From contig JALGVI010000023.1 of NCBI GenBank assembly GCA_029838215.1, forward strand, positions 1-36,645: a stretch of DNA of 36,645 bases. The letters run 5' to 3'. The first letter of the stretch is position 1. Each line of letters opens with the position of its first letter. The notes under the pieces were generated by a model. It searched no databases. It saw nothing but the letters and a program-made list of their open reading frames with translations, and was not told the DNA's origin. The stretch comes from Candidatus Helarchaeota archaeon. GTDB lineage: Archaea > Asgardarchaeota > Lokiarchaeia > Helarchaeales > RDOG01. A program made the position numbers and the translations under genes. Below, piece by piece: positions 17,108 to 26,525 of this stretch.

Positions 17108-18424
17108 ATGAAAAAGTCTCATGCCTTGCCATCAAATGATTTCCTATTTGATTATAATCAAGCCGATGACTTACCAAAACTTAATGTCCCAAAAGAAGTG
17201 ATAATTTGGGATGAAACTCTTCGAGATGGTGAACAAACACCTGGTGTTGCTCTATCTCTTGAAGAAAAAATCGAAATTGCTCATGCCCTTGATGATATTG
17301 GTGTTGGAGTAATTGCTATTGGATTTCCAGCCGTGTCAATTGAAGAAAAAGAAATTGTAAAAAAGATTGCCAGCGAAGATTTTAACGCAAAGTTAGCAGC
17401 TCCTGCTCGAGCTGTTTTAAATGATGTTAACCATTCAATCGATTGTGACGTGGAAGAAATACCCATTTTTTTCCCAGTTAGTAGGTTGGCTCTCCAAAAA
17501 GTCGTCAAAAAAACACCTGAAGAAGCTGTTTCTCGCGTTCAAAAAGCAATTGAACATGCTAAGGACCACGGCGTGGTTCCTGATTTTGTCGCAATGGATG
17601 CATCCAGAACACATTATAACCTCTTAATGCAATTCTTAGAAGGTGCGGTTGATGCTGGAGCCAATAAACTCATAATTGCAGATACCGTCGGTTGTTTACG
17701 CCCCGATTCAATGCACAATTTAATCACCAAAATCAAAAATGAAAAATCCTTGAAATCTGCCGTGATTTCTGTTCATTGTCACAATGATTTCGGTCTATCT
17801 ACGGCAAATACACTTGCTGCCGTGGCAGCTGGAGCAAACTATCCGCACGTTTGTATTAATGGATACGGAGAACGGAGTGGTAATTGTCCATTGGAAGAAT
17901 TGGTACTTTCTTTGGAATACTTGTATGCCGTGAACACAAACATCAGAATAGAAAAAATATATGAATTATCGACACTTACAGAGGCATATTTTGGTTTACC
18001 TCTTTCCGTCCATAAAGCAATCGTGGGTGTAAATAGCTTCAGTCACGAAAGTGGTTTACACGTTAATGCCATTATTGAAGGTGGGTCTGAAACGATTGAA
18101 CCCTTTGCACCTTCTGTCGTAGGTCGTAAGCGCCGTTATTTTTTGGGTAAATTCAGTGGCCGGAGTAACATTGAATACGTGATGAAATTGCTAAACATTG
18201 ATGTTAGCGATGAAGAAATCGATAAGATCTTGCAAGAGATCAAAAAACCCATTCATGTTTCAAGAAAGCAAGCACGAGAAACCATGAAAATAATTAAAGA
18301 AAAAATCTTTGAAACGTATTCAGGAATACCTGCCATCGAATACCTGAGATTAATTCATAAAATCACTCATAAAAAGCCAAGTTTGGACCTAGACAAGCTT
18401 TCAAAATACTCTGTCATTTTTTAA
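17108..18424 (+). CDS. Homocitrate/citramalate/isopropylmalate-synthase family protein (AksA-like), atypical active site
   Basis: WDETLRDGEQTPG, IADTVG, HCHNDFG, GYGERSGN and HESGLH. The usual AED motif reads AMD. No C-terminal LeuA regulatory domain. Confidence 0.8.
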   Translation: MKKSHALPSNDFLFDYNQADDLPKLNVPKEVIIWDETLRDGEQTPGVALSLEEKIEIAHALDDIGVGVIAIGFPAVSIEEKEIVKKIASEDFNAKLAAPARAVLNDVNHSIDCDVEEIPIFFPVSRLALQKVVKKTPEEAVSRVQKAIEHAKDHGVVPDFVAMDASRTHYNLLMQFLEGAVDAGANKLIIADTVGCLRPDSMHNLITKIKNEKSLKSAVISVHCHNDFGLSTANTLAAVAAGANYPHVCINGYGERSGNCPLEELVLSLEYLYAVNTNIRIEKIYELSTLTEAYFGLPLSVHKAIVGVNSFSHESGLHVNAIIEGGSETIEPFAPSVVGRKRRYFLGKFSGRSNIEYVMKLLNIDVSDEEIDKILQEIKKPIHVSRKQARETMKIIKEKIFETYSGIPAIEYLRLIHKITHKKPSLDLDKLSKYSVIF

Positions 18425-18600
18425 CAGATACTTTTTCATTTTTTCAATTCTTCATTTATTGTTTCAAATATTTCTGCTTCCGAGAATGATTTTTAATTCT
18501 CCTTATGAGAATTATTCCCTACAGAAGAATTTGATCCATTTTCAAGTTAATTCTGAAAATTACAAAAACAAAAACCGCTTCCAATGATGGTGCAATTTTC

Positions 18601-20661
18601 ATGGATTTTGATGATCCTGTAGACATGATTGAAAATTTCTTGAATAATTTCGTAAATAAGGACAATGAATACTATTATAGAGAAAAAATTAAGAGTATGC
18701 CATACGAGGACAAGACTTTTCTCCTCATAAATTTTGAAGACTTCTTTAAGTTCAATCCATCATTGGCTCGTGAGTTAATTGAGAATCCAAACAAAATTTT
18801 ACTTGCTGCCAATCAAGCAATAAAAAAAGTGTTGGAAAAGGTTGATAAGGACTTCTACGACTTAAATCCAGAATGTATTGCAAGATTTTCTAACTTAATT
18901 TCTGATTATCACGTTGACTTGCGTGCCATTAGAAAAGATCATATTGGAAAATTCGTACAAATTCACGGAATATTAAGTAGGGCTTCTGAAGTAAAGGCCC
19001 AAGTCATTAATGCTGCTTTCGAATGCCAACATTGTCAAACGATCAACCTCATTGAAGTTGATCCGTATAATTTTAAACCTCCCGTAATATGTAGCGAAAA
19101 TAGTTGCGGAAAACGCGGACCTTTTAAATTCATACCCGAGTCATCTATCTTTATTGATTGGCAAAAAATTCGGATACAAGAAGTTCCTGAAGAACTCCCT
19201 GCCGGTCAATTGCCGCGGTCATTGGATGCCATTTTAAAGAAAGATCTGGTTGATGCTGCACGTCCAGGAGATCGCGTGTCCATTACTGGTACCATCTATC
19301 CAATGCAAGATGCTCGAATGGGTAAGAAATTGAGCACGTTTCATGCCATTCTTGATGCAAATCACGTTGAGGTTTTTCAAAAAGAATTTGATAAAATCGA
19401 GCTTTCTAAAGAAGATGAAGAACGGATTGAAGAATTCGGGAAGGATGAATTCATACATGAAAAAATCGTGAAATCAATTGCTCCTTCTATCTTCGGCTAT
19501 AACGAATACAAAAAAGCTATCGCTCTATTTCTTTTTTCAGGTCGAAATAAGGAATTGGCTGATGGAATGAAAATCCGTGGTCAGACTCACATACTTTTGG
19601 TCGGTGACCCTGGTGTGGGTAAGAGCAAGCTATTACAATACGCAAAAATGCTCGCTCCAAGAGGACTATACACGTCAGGTAAGGGATCTACTGCTGCTGG
19701 TCTTACTGCAACCGTGATTCGAGATAAAGATACGGGTGAATGGACTTTGGAAGCAGGAGCTCTCGTGATTGCAGATCGTGGTGTTGCCTGTATAGATGAA
19801 TTTGATAAAATGAATGAATTCGATCGATCTGCTATTCATGAAGCAATGGAAGAACAAACAGTTCACATTACGAAAGCAGGGATTAATGCCAGCCTGAACG
19901 CACGGACTTCAATCTTAGCCGCTGCAAATCCAACATTTGGCAAATATGATCCTTTCAAGCCTGTTGGCGATAATATAAAAAAGCTATCACCTTCCATTTT
20001 ATCTCGATTTGATTTGATTTTTGTTCTTAAGGATGAACCATCTCCTAAAAAAGATGAAGGATTAACCGATCACATATTGGGACTTCAAGATCAAGATCTC
20101 ACTACACTCGAACCTCCAATAGAAATGGATCTATTGCGGAAGTACATCAGTTATGCACAAACAAACATCCATCCGGTTCTCACTGAAGAAGCCAAGCAAA
20201 TCATTAAAGAATATTACTTGAATTTGAGAAACATTTCCGAGACACCTGATTCTCCAATAGCCATTACACCACGACAACTCCAAGGTCTCATTCGATTAAC
20301 TGAAGCTCATGCTCGCATGGGACTGCGCGAAGAAGTAACCAAGGAAGATGCAGAAGCCGCCGTGGAAATAATGAAATTATCGCTTTCACAGGTAGGAATC
20401 GATAAAGAAACTGGAAAACCCGACATACTCGTTCTCACCGCAGGTACGTCTCAAAGTCAAATTTCTCGCCTGCAAAAATTAGAAGACATCATTCGACGCC
20501 TTTTCCTGGAAAATAATAAAGAACCAGTAAACAGAAAAAAAATTGTAGAAGAAGCAGAACGAGAAGGATTGGCTCATGATTTCATTGAAAAAGCCATTAA
20601 GGAATTGATTGACAAATCGATGATTTATCAGCCCCAAAAGGATCATTTTGCACCAATATAA
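18601..20661 (+). CDS. mcm: MCM replicative helicase
   Basis: Zn finger CQHC...CSENSC, Walker A GDPGVGKS, Walker B IDEFDKM, AAANP, arginine finger SRFD and C-terminal wH. No intein. Confidence 0.97.
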   Translation: MDFDDPVDMIENFLNNFVNKDNEYYYREKIKSMPYEDKTFLLINFEDFFKFNPSLARELIENPNKILLAANQAIKKVLEKVDKDFYDLNPECIARFSNLISDYHVDLRAIRKDHIGKFVQIHGILSRASEVKAQVINAAFECQHCQTINLIEVDPYNFKPPVICSENSCGKRGPFKFIPESSIFIDWQKIRIQEVPEELPAGQLPRSLDAILKKDLVDAARPGDRVSITGTIYPMQDARMGKKLSTFHAILDANHVEVFQKEFDKIELSKEDEERIEEFGKDEFIHEKIVKSIAPSIFGYNEYKKAIALFLFSGRNKELADGMKIRGQTHILLVGDPGVGKSKLLQYAKMLAPRGLYTSGKGSTAAGLTATVIRDKDTGEWTLEAGALVIADRGVACIDEFDKMNEFDRSAIHEAMEEQTVHITKAGINASLNARTSILAAANPTFGKYDPFKPVGDNIKKLSPSILSRFDLIFVLKDEPSPKKDEGLTDHILGLQDQDLTTLEPPIEMDLLRKYISYAQTNIHPVLTEEAKQIIKEYYLNLRNISETPDSPIAITPRQLQGLIRLTEAHARMGLREEVTKEDAEAAVEIMKLSLSQVGIDKETGKPDILVLTAGTSQSQISRLQKLEDIIRRLFLENNKEPVNRKKIVEEAEREGLAHDFIEKAIKELIDKSMIYQPQKDHFAPI

Positions 20662-20717
20662 TAAATAAATTAACAGATGCATTTTTCGATCAATTATTTT
20701 CTCGGGTGTGAACGAAT

Positions 20718-23039
20718 ATTCTGATTAAAGACTTACCGCTTCCCGATGTCGTCAAAAAGGTTCTTCAATCTCGAGGAATATCAAGTTTATATCCTCCGCA
20801 AGAAGAAGTTGTCAAGAAAGGTTTGTTTTCTCAAGAAAATTTCGTTGTTTCCATTCCCACGGCATCTGGTAAAACGTTGATAGCAGAATTGGCATTTCTC
20901 GATACTTTTTTAAAAAATAAAGGAAAAACACTCTATCTCGTGCCATTGAAAGCACTTGCTAGCGAAAAACTCGCGGAATTTAAGCAGTGGGAAGATCTAA
21001 ACATGCTATCAGTAACTCAATCGACTGGAGATTTTGATAGTGGTGAACCCGATTTAAAAAATTATGATCTCATCATCCTCACTTATGAAAAACTCGATTC
21101 CCTGTTGCGACATGGCGTGTCTTGGATGGAAGAAGTCAAGACGATAATTGTTGATGAAATACACCTCTTGAATGATCCTCATAGAGGACCGACTCTTGAA
21201 GTCGTTCTTGTTAGATTAAAAAGAATGGTTCCGCTTGCCAGAATAATAGCACTGAGTGCCACCATTCAAAATGCTCGAGAAATCGCTGGATGGCTTGACG
21301 CTACTTTAATTTCTAGCGAATGGCGACCAATTCCATTGCATGAAGGAGTAATGCTTGAAAATACCATCTTTTTTCCAGAAAAAAAAATTACATTAGAAGT
21401 TACTGATAAAGATCCATTAACCAATCTTGTTTTTAATAGCCTGAAGCAAGGTTTTCAAGTCCTGATTTTTTCGAATACAAGACGTTCAGCAGCAAAGCTT
21501 GCCAGAGATTTGATGCATCATGCTAAAAAATTTCTCTCTCTAAACGAAAAAAAGGAACTGCAAGACATTTGTAAGGCACTCGAAAAAACTGGGGAATCAT
21601 CACGGTTTCTTCAAGACCTCATTCAATGCACGCAAAATGGTAGTTCATTTCATCATGCTGGACTCAATTTTTCTCAAAGAAAAATCATAGAAACGCATTT
21701 TAAGAAAGGATTCATAAAAGCATTATGTGCCACGCCAACGCTCGCTATTGGGGTTAATCTTCCTGCCCGGAGAGTCATCATAACAAGCTATAAAAGATAT
21801 GATCTTGATTTTGGGCTTCGAGACATCCCTGTTTTAGAATATAAACAATTCGCAGGTCGTGCAGGACGTCCATTTTATGATGCTCTGGGGGAATCCGTGT
21901 TAATATCAAAGTCAGAAATGGAAAAAGAATTTATTTTTGAAAAATACATCCTAGGAAAACCCGAAAAAATCATTTCAAAAATCAGCCGCGAATCTGTATT
22001 GCGCGTTCATATCTTATCATCCATTGCAATGGGATTTACCAAAACCGATGAAGAATTACATGCATTCATAAATGACACTTTTTTTCTATTCCAGCACCCT
22101 GACCGAGATCTTGAAGCACAAGTAGATAATATTCGTTCATTTCTCCTTGAAAATAAATTTATATCCCGTCAAAAAGGAAAGTACCATCCAACTGCATTTG
22201 GAAGGCGCGTATCTCAATTATATATAGATCCATTGTCTGCAATGTTACTGAAAAATGGTTTGGATACAATGATAAGGCAAAAAAAGACCACTAGCCTCGG
22301 AATTCTGCATTTAATTTGCCGCACGCCGGATATGGACAAGAGATACCTGAGAGGACATGAAGAAGAAAAATATCTTCAATTCGTAAAAAATCATTCGACC
22401 GATTTCTTGTTTGATTTGATGTTTAATCCTGCCGATCCTCTTCCTTCAATGAATATTCCCGAGCCACAATTCTATTCTGCCAAAGAAATGCTGGAAAAAG
22501 AATATGCTTCGTCACAAAAAATCGAATTATGCTTTGTAGATGAATGGTTTCTTAGAGAAGTAAAGACCGCTTGTCTGCTATTTGATTGGATAAATGAAAA
22601 AAATGAAGAATATTTGATGAACACTTATGGAGTACAACCTGGAGACCTATTTCGCTATGTCGATCGGGCAGATTGGTTATTATATTCCTTAGAACAGTTC
22701 TATAGGCTTTTTAATTTTAAAACCCCTAAAATTAAAACACTGATTTCGTCCCTGCGCCTTAGGATTAAGTACGGAATCAAGCAAGAACTGACCGATCTCA
22801 TTTTGATAAAAGGAATTGGAAGGAAAAGAGCACGAACCTTGTTTTCACGGGGAATAAAATCTCTTGAAGATCTAAAAAAAGCACCAGCAAAGGTCTTGGT
22901 TTCCCTCCCAAGCTTTGGACCCGAGTTAATAAAATCCTTTGGCAAACAATTAGAAATCGATCCAAAAATAATCAATAGAATGCTCGAAAAAAACAAAAAG
23001 AAGAAAAAGTCTCAACAAGACCTCCAAGGTTTTCTCTAA
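20718..23039 (+). CDS. hel308: Hel308/Ski2-like SF2 DNA helicase; N-terminus extends 35 codons upstream of the track start
   Basis: IPTASGKT, DEIH, ALSAT, FHHAGL, GVNLP, QFAGRAGRP and C-terminal HhH (GIGRKRA). In-frame upstream codons give ILIKDLPLPDVVKKVLQSRGISSLYPPQ (Q motif) back to TGA 20709-20711. Confidence 0.93.
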   Translation: MLIKDLPLPDVVKKVLQSRGISSLYPPQEEVVKKGLFSQENFVVSIPTASGKTLIAELAFLDTFLKNKGKTLYLVPLKALASEKLAEFKQWEDLNMLSVTQSTGDFDSGEPDLKNYDLIILTYEKLDSLLRHGVSWMEEVKTIIVDEIHLLNDPHRGPTLEVVLVRLKRMVPLARIIALSATIQNAREIAGWLDATLISSEWRPIPLHEGVMLENTIFFPEKKITLEVTDKDPLTNLVFNSLKQGFQVLIFSNTRRSAAKLARDLMHHAKKFLSLNEKKELQDICKALEKTGESSRFLQDLIQCTQNGSSFHHAGLNFSQRKIIETHFKKGFIKALCATPTLAIGVNLPARRVIITSYKRYDLDFGLRDIPVLEYKQFAGRAGRPFYDALGESVLISKSEMEKEFIFEKYILGKPEKIISKISRESVLRVHILSSIAMGFTKTDEELHAFINDTFFLFQHPDRDLEAQVDNIRSFLLENKFISRQKGKYHPTAFGRRVSQLYIDPLSAMLLKNGLDTMIRQKKTTSLGILHLICRTPDMDKRYLRGHEEEKYLQFVKNHSTDFLFDLMFNPADPLPSMNIPEPQFYSAKEMLEKEYASSQKIELCFVDEWFLREVKTACLLFDWINEKNEEYLMNTYGVQPGDLFRYVDRADWLLYSLEQFYRLFNFKTPKIKTLISSLRLRIKYGIKQELTDLILIKGIGRKRARTLFSRGIKSLEDLKKAPAKVLVSLPSFGPELIKSFGKQLEIDPKIINRMLEKNKKKKKSQQDLQGFL

Positions 23040-23223
23040 CAATAAACACACTCTGTTTTTTCATTAAATATTAAAAATATATGAGAATTCCATAAATATG
23101 CTCTTTAGATCTCGAGAAATTGAATAGTTCCTACTTTTAATGGCGAAAAAATTCCAGTATTTGCTTGATTTTTGGAATTACATCGATCGCTTGATATAAA
23201 AGATAAAAAAAAATAAATAATCT

Positions 23224-23241
23224 TTTGAGTTAAAACTCAAA
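23224..23241. promoter_or_regulatory. Perfect inverted repeat upstream of mbf1, possible operator
   Basis: TTTGAGT-TAAA-ACTCAAA, 32 nt before the ATG at 23274 and downstream of an A/T-rich TATA-like tract. Confidence 0.3.
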
Positions 23242-23273
23242 TGTAATTATCTTTAGGTTTTTTGGAGTAGAAA

Positions 23274-23807
23274 ATGCATCGAGAAAACAAAAATACTTGT
23301 GAAATCTGTGGTCGACCAATAGAAGGTCCTGTTCGCTATAGATTTATTGATGCAAACGTAAAATTGCGCGTGTGTCAAAATTGTAGCAGGTTTGGAAAAG
23401 ATACCAGTAGAACGCTTAAAAAATCTCATCAAACAGGACCTAAATTTGTTCCAACCAAAAAGAAAAGGATGAAACGTGTTTCTACTAGGCGAATAAGATT
23501 CGATGAAATGGAATTAATCGAAGATTTTGGAGCTGAAATTAGGAAAGCACGCCAAAAACTAAATTTGACACAAGATCAATTGGGAATGCAAATAAAAGAA
23601 CCTGCTTCATTCATTAAAAAAATCGAGCAAGAAAAAATCCATCCTTCAATAAATGTAATTAAAAAGATCGAAAAAGTACTGAAAATCTCTTTATTGGAAA
23701 AATCTGCAGATAAAGAGCTTGATTTCAGTCACGTGTCTAAGAAATCCACGGTGCGGACACAGACACTCGAAGACATCATAACATTCAAGAAGAAAAAGAA
23801 CCAATAG
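23274..23807 (+). CDS. mbf1: Archaeal multiprotein bridging factor 1 (Zn ribbon + Cro-like HTH)
   Basis: CEICG...VCQNCSRFG, ELIEDFGAEIRKARQKLNLTQDQLG..IKE..SFIKKIEQ and TLEDI tail. Confidence 0.92.
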   Translation: MHRENKNTCEICGRPIEGPVRYRFIDANVKLRVCQNCSRFGKDTSRTLKKSHQTGPKFVPTKKKRMKRVSTRRIRFDEMELIEDFGAEIRKARQKLNLTQDQLGMQIKEPASFIKKIEQEKIHPSINVIKKIEKVLKISLLEKSADKELDFSHVSKKSTVRTQTLEDIITFKKKKNQ

Positions 23808-23811
23808 CTCA

Positions 23812-24357
23812 TCACTCACTTGAAAGTTTTTCGATTCTTTTTCCGCGAGGAGATGGAACAACCTTTTGTCTGGCATTGGGAAGGTCCCGATACAAAGTAT
23901 CTTTCCCAAATATTTCATATAAAAAAATACTTAGAGCCGCGGCTTCAGAATGTGGCTGGTTTCCAATTGAAATGTTGCGATCGACTAACTCATAGATCTC
24001 ATGAGGAACCTTCTGAGAACCAATGACTATCAGCAATTTACTTTGGTCTTGACGAAGTTCTTTGATTAGGCCATCCGTCCATTTCTCACCATACATCGTT
24101 AAATGAACACTGAAACCCCCACCCTCACCCCATTCTTTTATGAATTCCCTCACGTCTTCAACAGTTTTAATTTCAAATTGACCTCCCCAGATTTTATTTA
24201 TTTTGTTTAAAGAACTTCTAACTCCTTCATCTTGTTTTTCTGCCAAGATCATCGAACTTGCACCAAGGGCTCGCGAGATTAATGCTACATGCGTGGTTAA
24301 ACGTAAATCTCTGTAAGGGCGATGTCCTAGCCTAAGAACGTGTGCCTCTCGTGCCAT
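23812..24357 (-). CDS. trm56: tRNA (cytidine-56) 2'-O-methyltransferase (SPOUT)
   Basis: VLRLGHRPYRDLRLTTHVALISRALGA, VHLTMYG, IGSQKVP, NISIGNQPHSEAAAL. Start moved to ATG 24357 (MAREAHV), where family similarity begins. Confidence 0.94.
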   Translation of the reverse strand: MAREAHVLRLGHRPYRDLRLTTHVALISRALGASSMILAEKQDEGVRSSLNKINKIWGGQFEIKTVEDVREFIKEWGEGGGFSVHLTMYGEKWTDGLIKELRQDQSKLLIVIGSQKVPHEIYELVDRNISIGNQPHSEAAALSIFLYEIFGKDTLYRDLPNARQKVVPSPRGKRIEKLSSE

Positions 24358-24403
24358 TTTTTTCACGTCAAAGAATTCCATGAAATGCATGACAATATTT
24401 GGA

Positions 24404-25567
24404 TTAGTCCTGAAAAATCCTTGCATTCCTTCCTAAACCGAGTGAAATTATGCTCGATTCGTCCACGTGTTCTGTCGGTGGAGTCTTTCGGTCAACTCTT
24501 AAATAAACTCCATTAAAGACTTCTTCTGAACTCAGTTTTAAATCATCAACGCGAATTTTCGGAGAATTAACATCGTTAAAATACCTGCCACTCAGATCAA
24601 AATTCTTCTTCAAGTCCATCCCCGAAACCATGCTTTGGACGGGAAACGGAATGCCTTCTTCAATGCCTTTAATGAATATTAAATTGAAGATCTCAGGAGT
24701 TTTGGATTTAATCCAGTCGAGGATAATCGGTTCGATATGATTTATAAAAAGTTTGTTTCCTGCCCATGAAGACCATTTCTTCATGAAGGCACGTCTCCCT
24801 GCTCGAATAAGTGTTTTTAAAATTGGTGGATGAGGTACAAAATTAAAGTGTGAATCTTGTAAATTATAGAATTTTTTAGACTGCAAGCCGTCCCAGAATG
24901 CGCCATATGCATCGTAGTTGCTTTTCCATTCGAACATCGTGTTAAAAACACCACTGATATATGTCAATCCAACGTGATACATTGCATTTGATCGATGCGG
25001 ATCTCGTTCATTTCGCACGTCTTTTAGGATGTCAATCATGCGAGTTGCCGCTCCTGAAAGTCCTTTTTTCATCTTTATCGGCAAATCTTTTAATTTTGTG
25101 CCAAGTTTTAAATGCCGTCGGTCCAAAATTTCGTCATCTGGTCCCGCCAACCACCAATCTATTGGCATGCCATCATTTAACGAACAGTTCACGACAAACA
25201 TTGCATCCGATATTTCTGAAGCAATGACGTATGAGCAATCCACGTCGGATCCAAACAAAAGTTTCATCGAACCTTGTTGCGTGTCGCTCCGAATGGCAAC
25301 AATCGGAGGAAAAAGCGTGTACGTTAGGACCCTCCACGGTTTCTTTAACTTGCCTTCCAAGACCGCCTGAGCGGTCAAGATCGATTCCGTCAGCCGTTCT
25401 TTTAGCAAGTCATAAATTAAATCCGAATTTAAAACCGAATCATGTGCCCTTTGCTCATAATATTCCCATCCCAGCTCTTTGATGCATTTAAATATCTGCC
25501 TCCCGAGTAGGAAATATCCCCTATTCCTTACGGATTTTGGAACTTCGTTAATCGTGACTTGAGTCAT
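24404..25567 (-). CDS. Hypothetical soluble protein (387 aa)
   Basis: Long open frame with protein-like composition and W/H/D/R-rich motifs (RSDTQQGSMKLL, PIDWW, LDRRHLKLG, DVRNER). No family recognised. Confidence 0.8.
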   Translation of the reverse strand: MTQVTINEVPKSVRNRGYFLLGRQIFKCIKELGWEYYEQRAHDSVLNSDLIYDLLKERLTESILTAQAVLEGKLKKPWRVLTYTLFPPIVAIRSDTQQGSMKLLFGSDVDCSYVIASEISDAMFVVNCSLNDGMPIDWWLAGPDDEILDRRHLKLGTKLKDLPIKMKKGLSGAATRMIDILKDVRNERDPHRSNAMYHVGLTYISGVFNTMFEWKSNYDAYGAFWDGLQSKKFYNLQDSHFNFVPHPPILKTLIRAGRRAFMKKWSSWAGNKLFINHIEPIILDWIKSKTPEIFNLIFIKGIEEGIPFPVQSMVSGMDLKKNFDLSGRYFNDVNSPKIRVDDLKLSSEEVFNGVYLRVDRKTPPTEHVDESSIISLGLGRNARIFQD

Positions 25568-25692
25568 TAATTCATAAACTCAAAATAAAATTTTAAGGAT
25601 TTAGTTTACGTGGATTTATTCCTTGAATTCGTTCTTATTTTACAAGAAAGAATTTAAATGGACAAGATTAGACTAAAAATAGAAGAATAGGG

Positions 25693-25768
25693 TGGTGCTC
25701 CGGCCGGGATTCGAACTCGGGTCTTAGGGGTGAGAGCCCTAAATGCTTGGCCACTACACTACCGGAGC
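25693..25768 (-). tRNA. tRNA-Glu(CTC) with encoded CCA
   Basis: Acceptor GCTCCGG/CCGGAGC, discriminator A, CCA. Anticodon stem TAGGG/CCCTA with CTC at 25734-25732. T-loop TTCGAAT. 76 nt, no intron. Confidence 0.95.
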
Positions 25769-25863
25769 TCCAATCATTTAATAAAAAGTCTGCAAGCATT
25801 AAAAACATTGCGAATTTGATGATAAAATCACGAATGAAAGAATAAAAAAATAAAGGAAGAAAA

Positions 25864-26349
25864 TTAGGCAGCTGGAATTGTCGGAAATAACAGGTTAATA
25901 TATGGAATGGGAATTGGAGAAAGACCCACGAGCCAAACAACAATGTTATTGTAGATAATGATGAAAATCGTCGTTAGAAGTGCCACGTAGAAAGAATCCT
26001 TGTGATCCGTGTCAAAAATGGCTTTTACAAGGAAGAACCATGCCGCAAGGATGATGATGAAATCAATTCCAGCAATCGGGTCAAAAACGAACGTTGAGGG
26101 AATGCTTGCCGTGTTTGCCATTGCAACAGCGAGTTGATAGGGTAAATGGAGAAATAAAGCAAGACCCATCTGGATTATCACTATGATTATTGCAACTAAG
26201 AAGCACCATCCAAATCGCTTCCCTTCATCACGTGATTTTCCCGCTATGAGGCGAAGAGCTGCCCAACAAAAGACTGCCAATAGAGCAATTGTTGCTATAA
26301 AGACTAGAATTGTCAATACTAATTCTATTTGCAAAATCATCACGCCCAA
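25864..26349 (-). CDS. Hypothetical membrane protein (about 4 TM)
   Basis: Four hydrophobic segments of about 20-25 aa separated by short charged loops. Confidence 0.75.
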   Translation of the reverse strand: MGVMILQIELVLTILVFIATIALLAVFCWAALRLIAGKSRDEGKRFGWCFLVAIIIVIIQMGLALFLHLPYQLAVAMANTASIPSTFVFDPIAGIDFIIILAAWFFLVKAIFDTDHKDSFYVALLTTIFIIIYNNIVVWLVGLSPIPIPYINLLFPTIPAA

Positions 26350-26525
26350 AATAGATTATTAGTAAAATTCTCGACACGATGTTTAAAATTTTTGCTTCAT
26401 TAACAAGTTTATTTCAATTTATGAAGTAACTTATTGCTTCTTTGCAAGGAATTCTTGTTTATTGCTGAATCTATAACTGGAATTAAATAAAAAAAGAAAA
26501 TTGCGAAGATATGTTTAAATTGAGC

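Noticed and set aside
14302-20661. Inteins in rfcS or mcm (common insertion hosts)
   Set aside because: Both proteins are normal length with contiguous Walker motifs.
20706-20711. In-frame GTG-TGA before hel308 as a selenocysteine/readthrough start
   Set aside because: UGA at codon 2 in a non-conserved position with no SECIS evidence; near-cognate initiation or a sequence error is simpler.
24358-24426. 23-aa N-terminal extension of Trm56 in the ORF track
   Set aside because: Overlaps the upstream gene's 3' end and has no family similarity; ATG 24357 is the better start.
25568-25863. tRNA-Glu (or tRNA-Ser) as an integration site of a mobile island
   Set aside because: No integrase, no duplicated tRNA 3' end seen, and the flanking genes are housekeeping-type.
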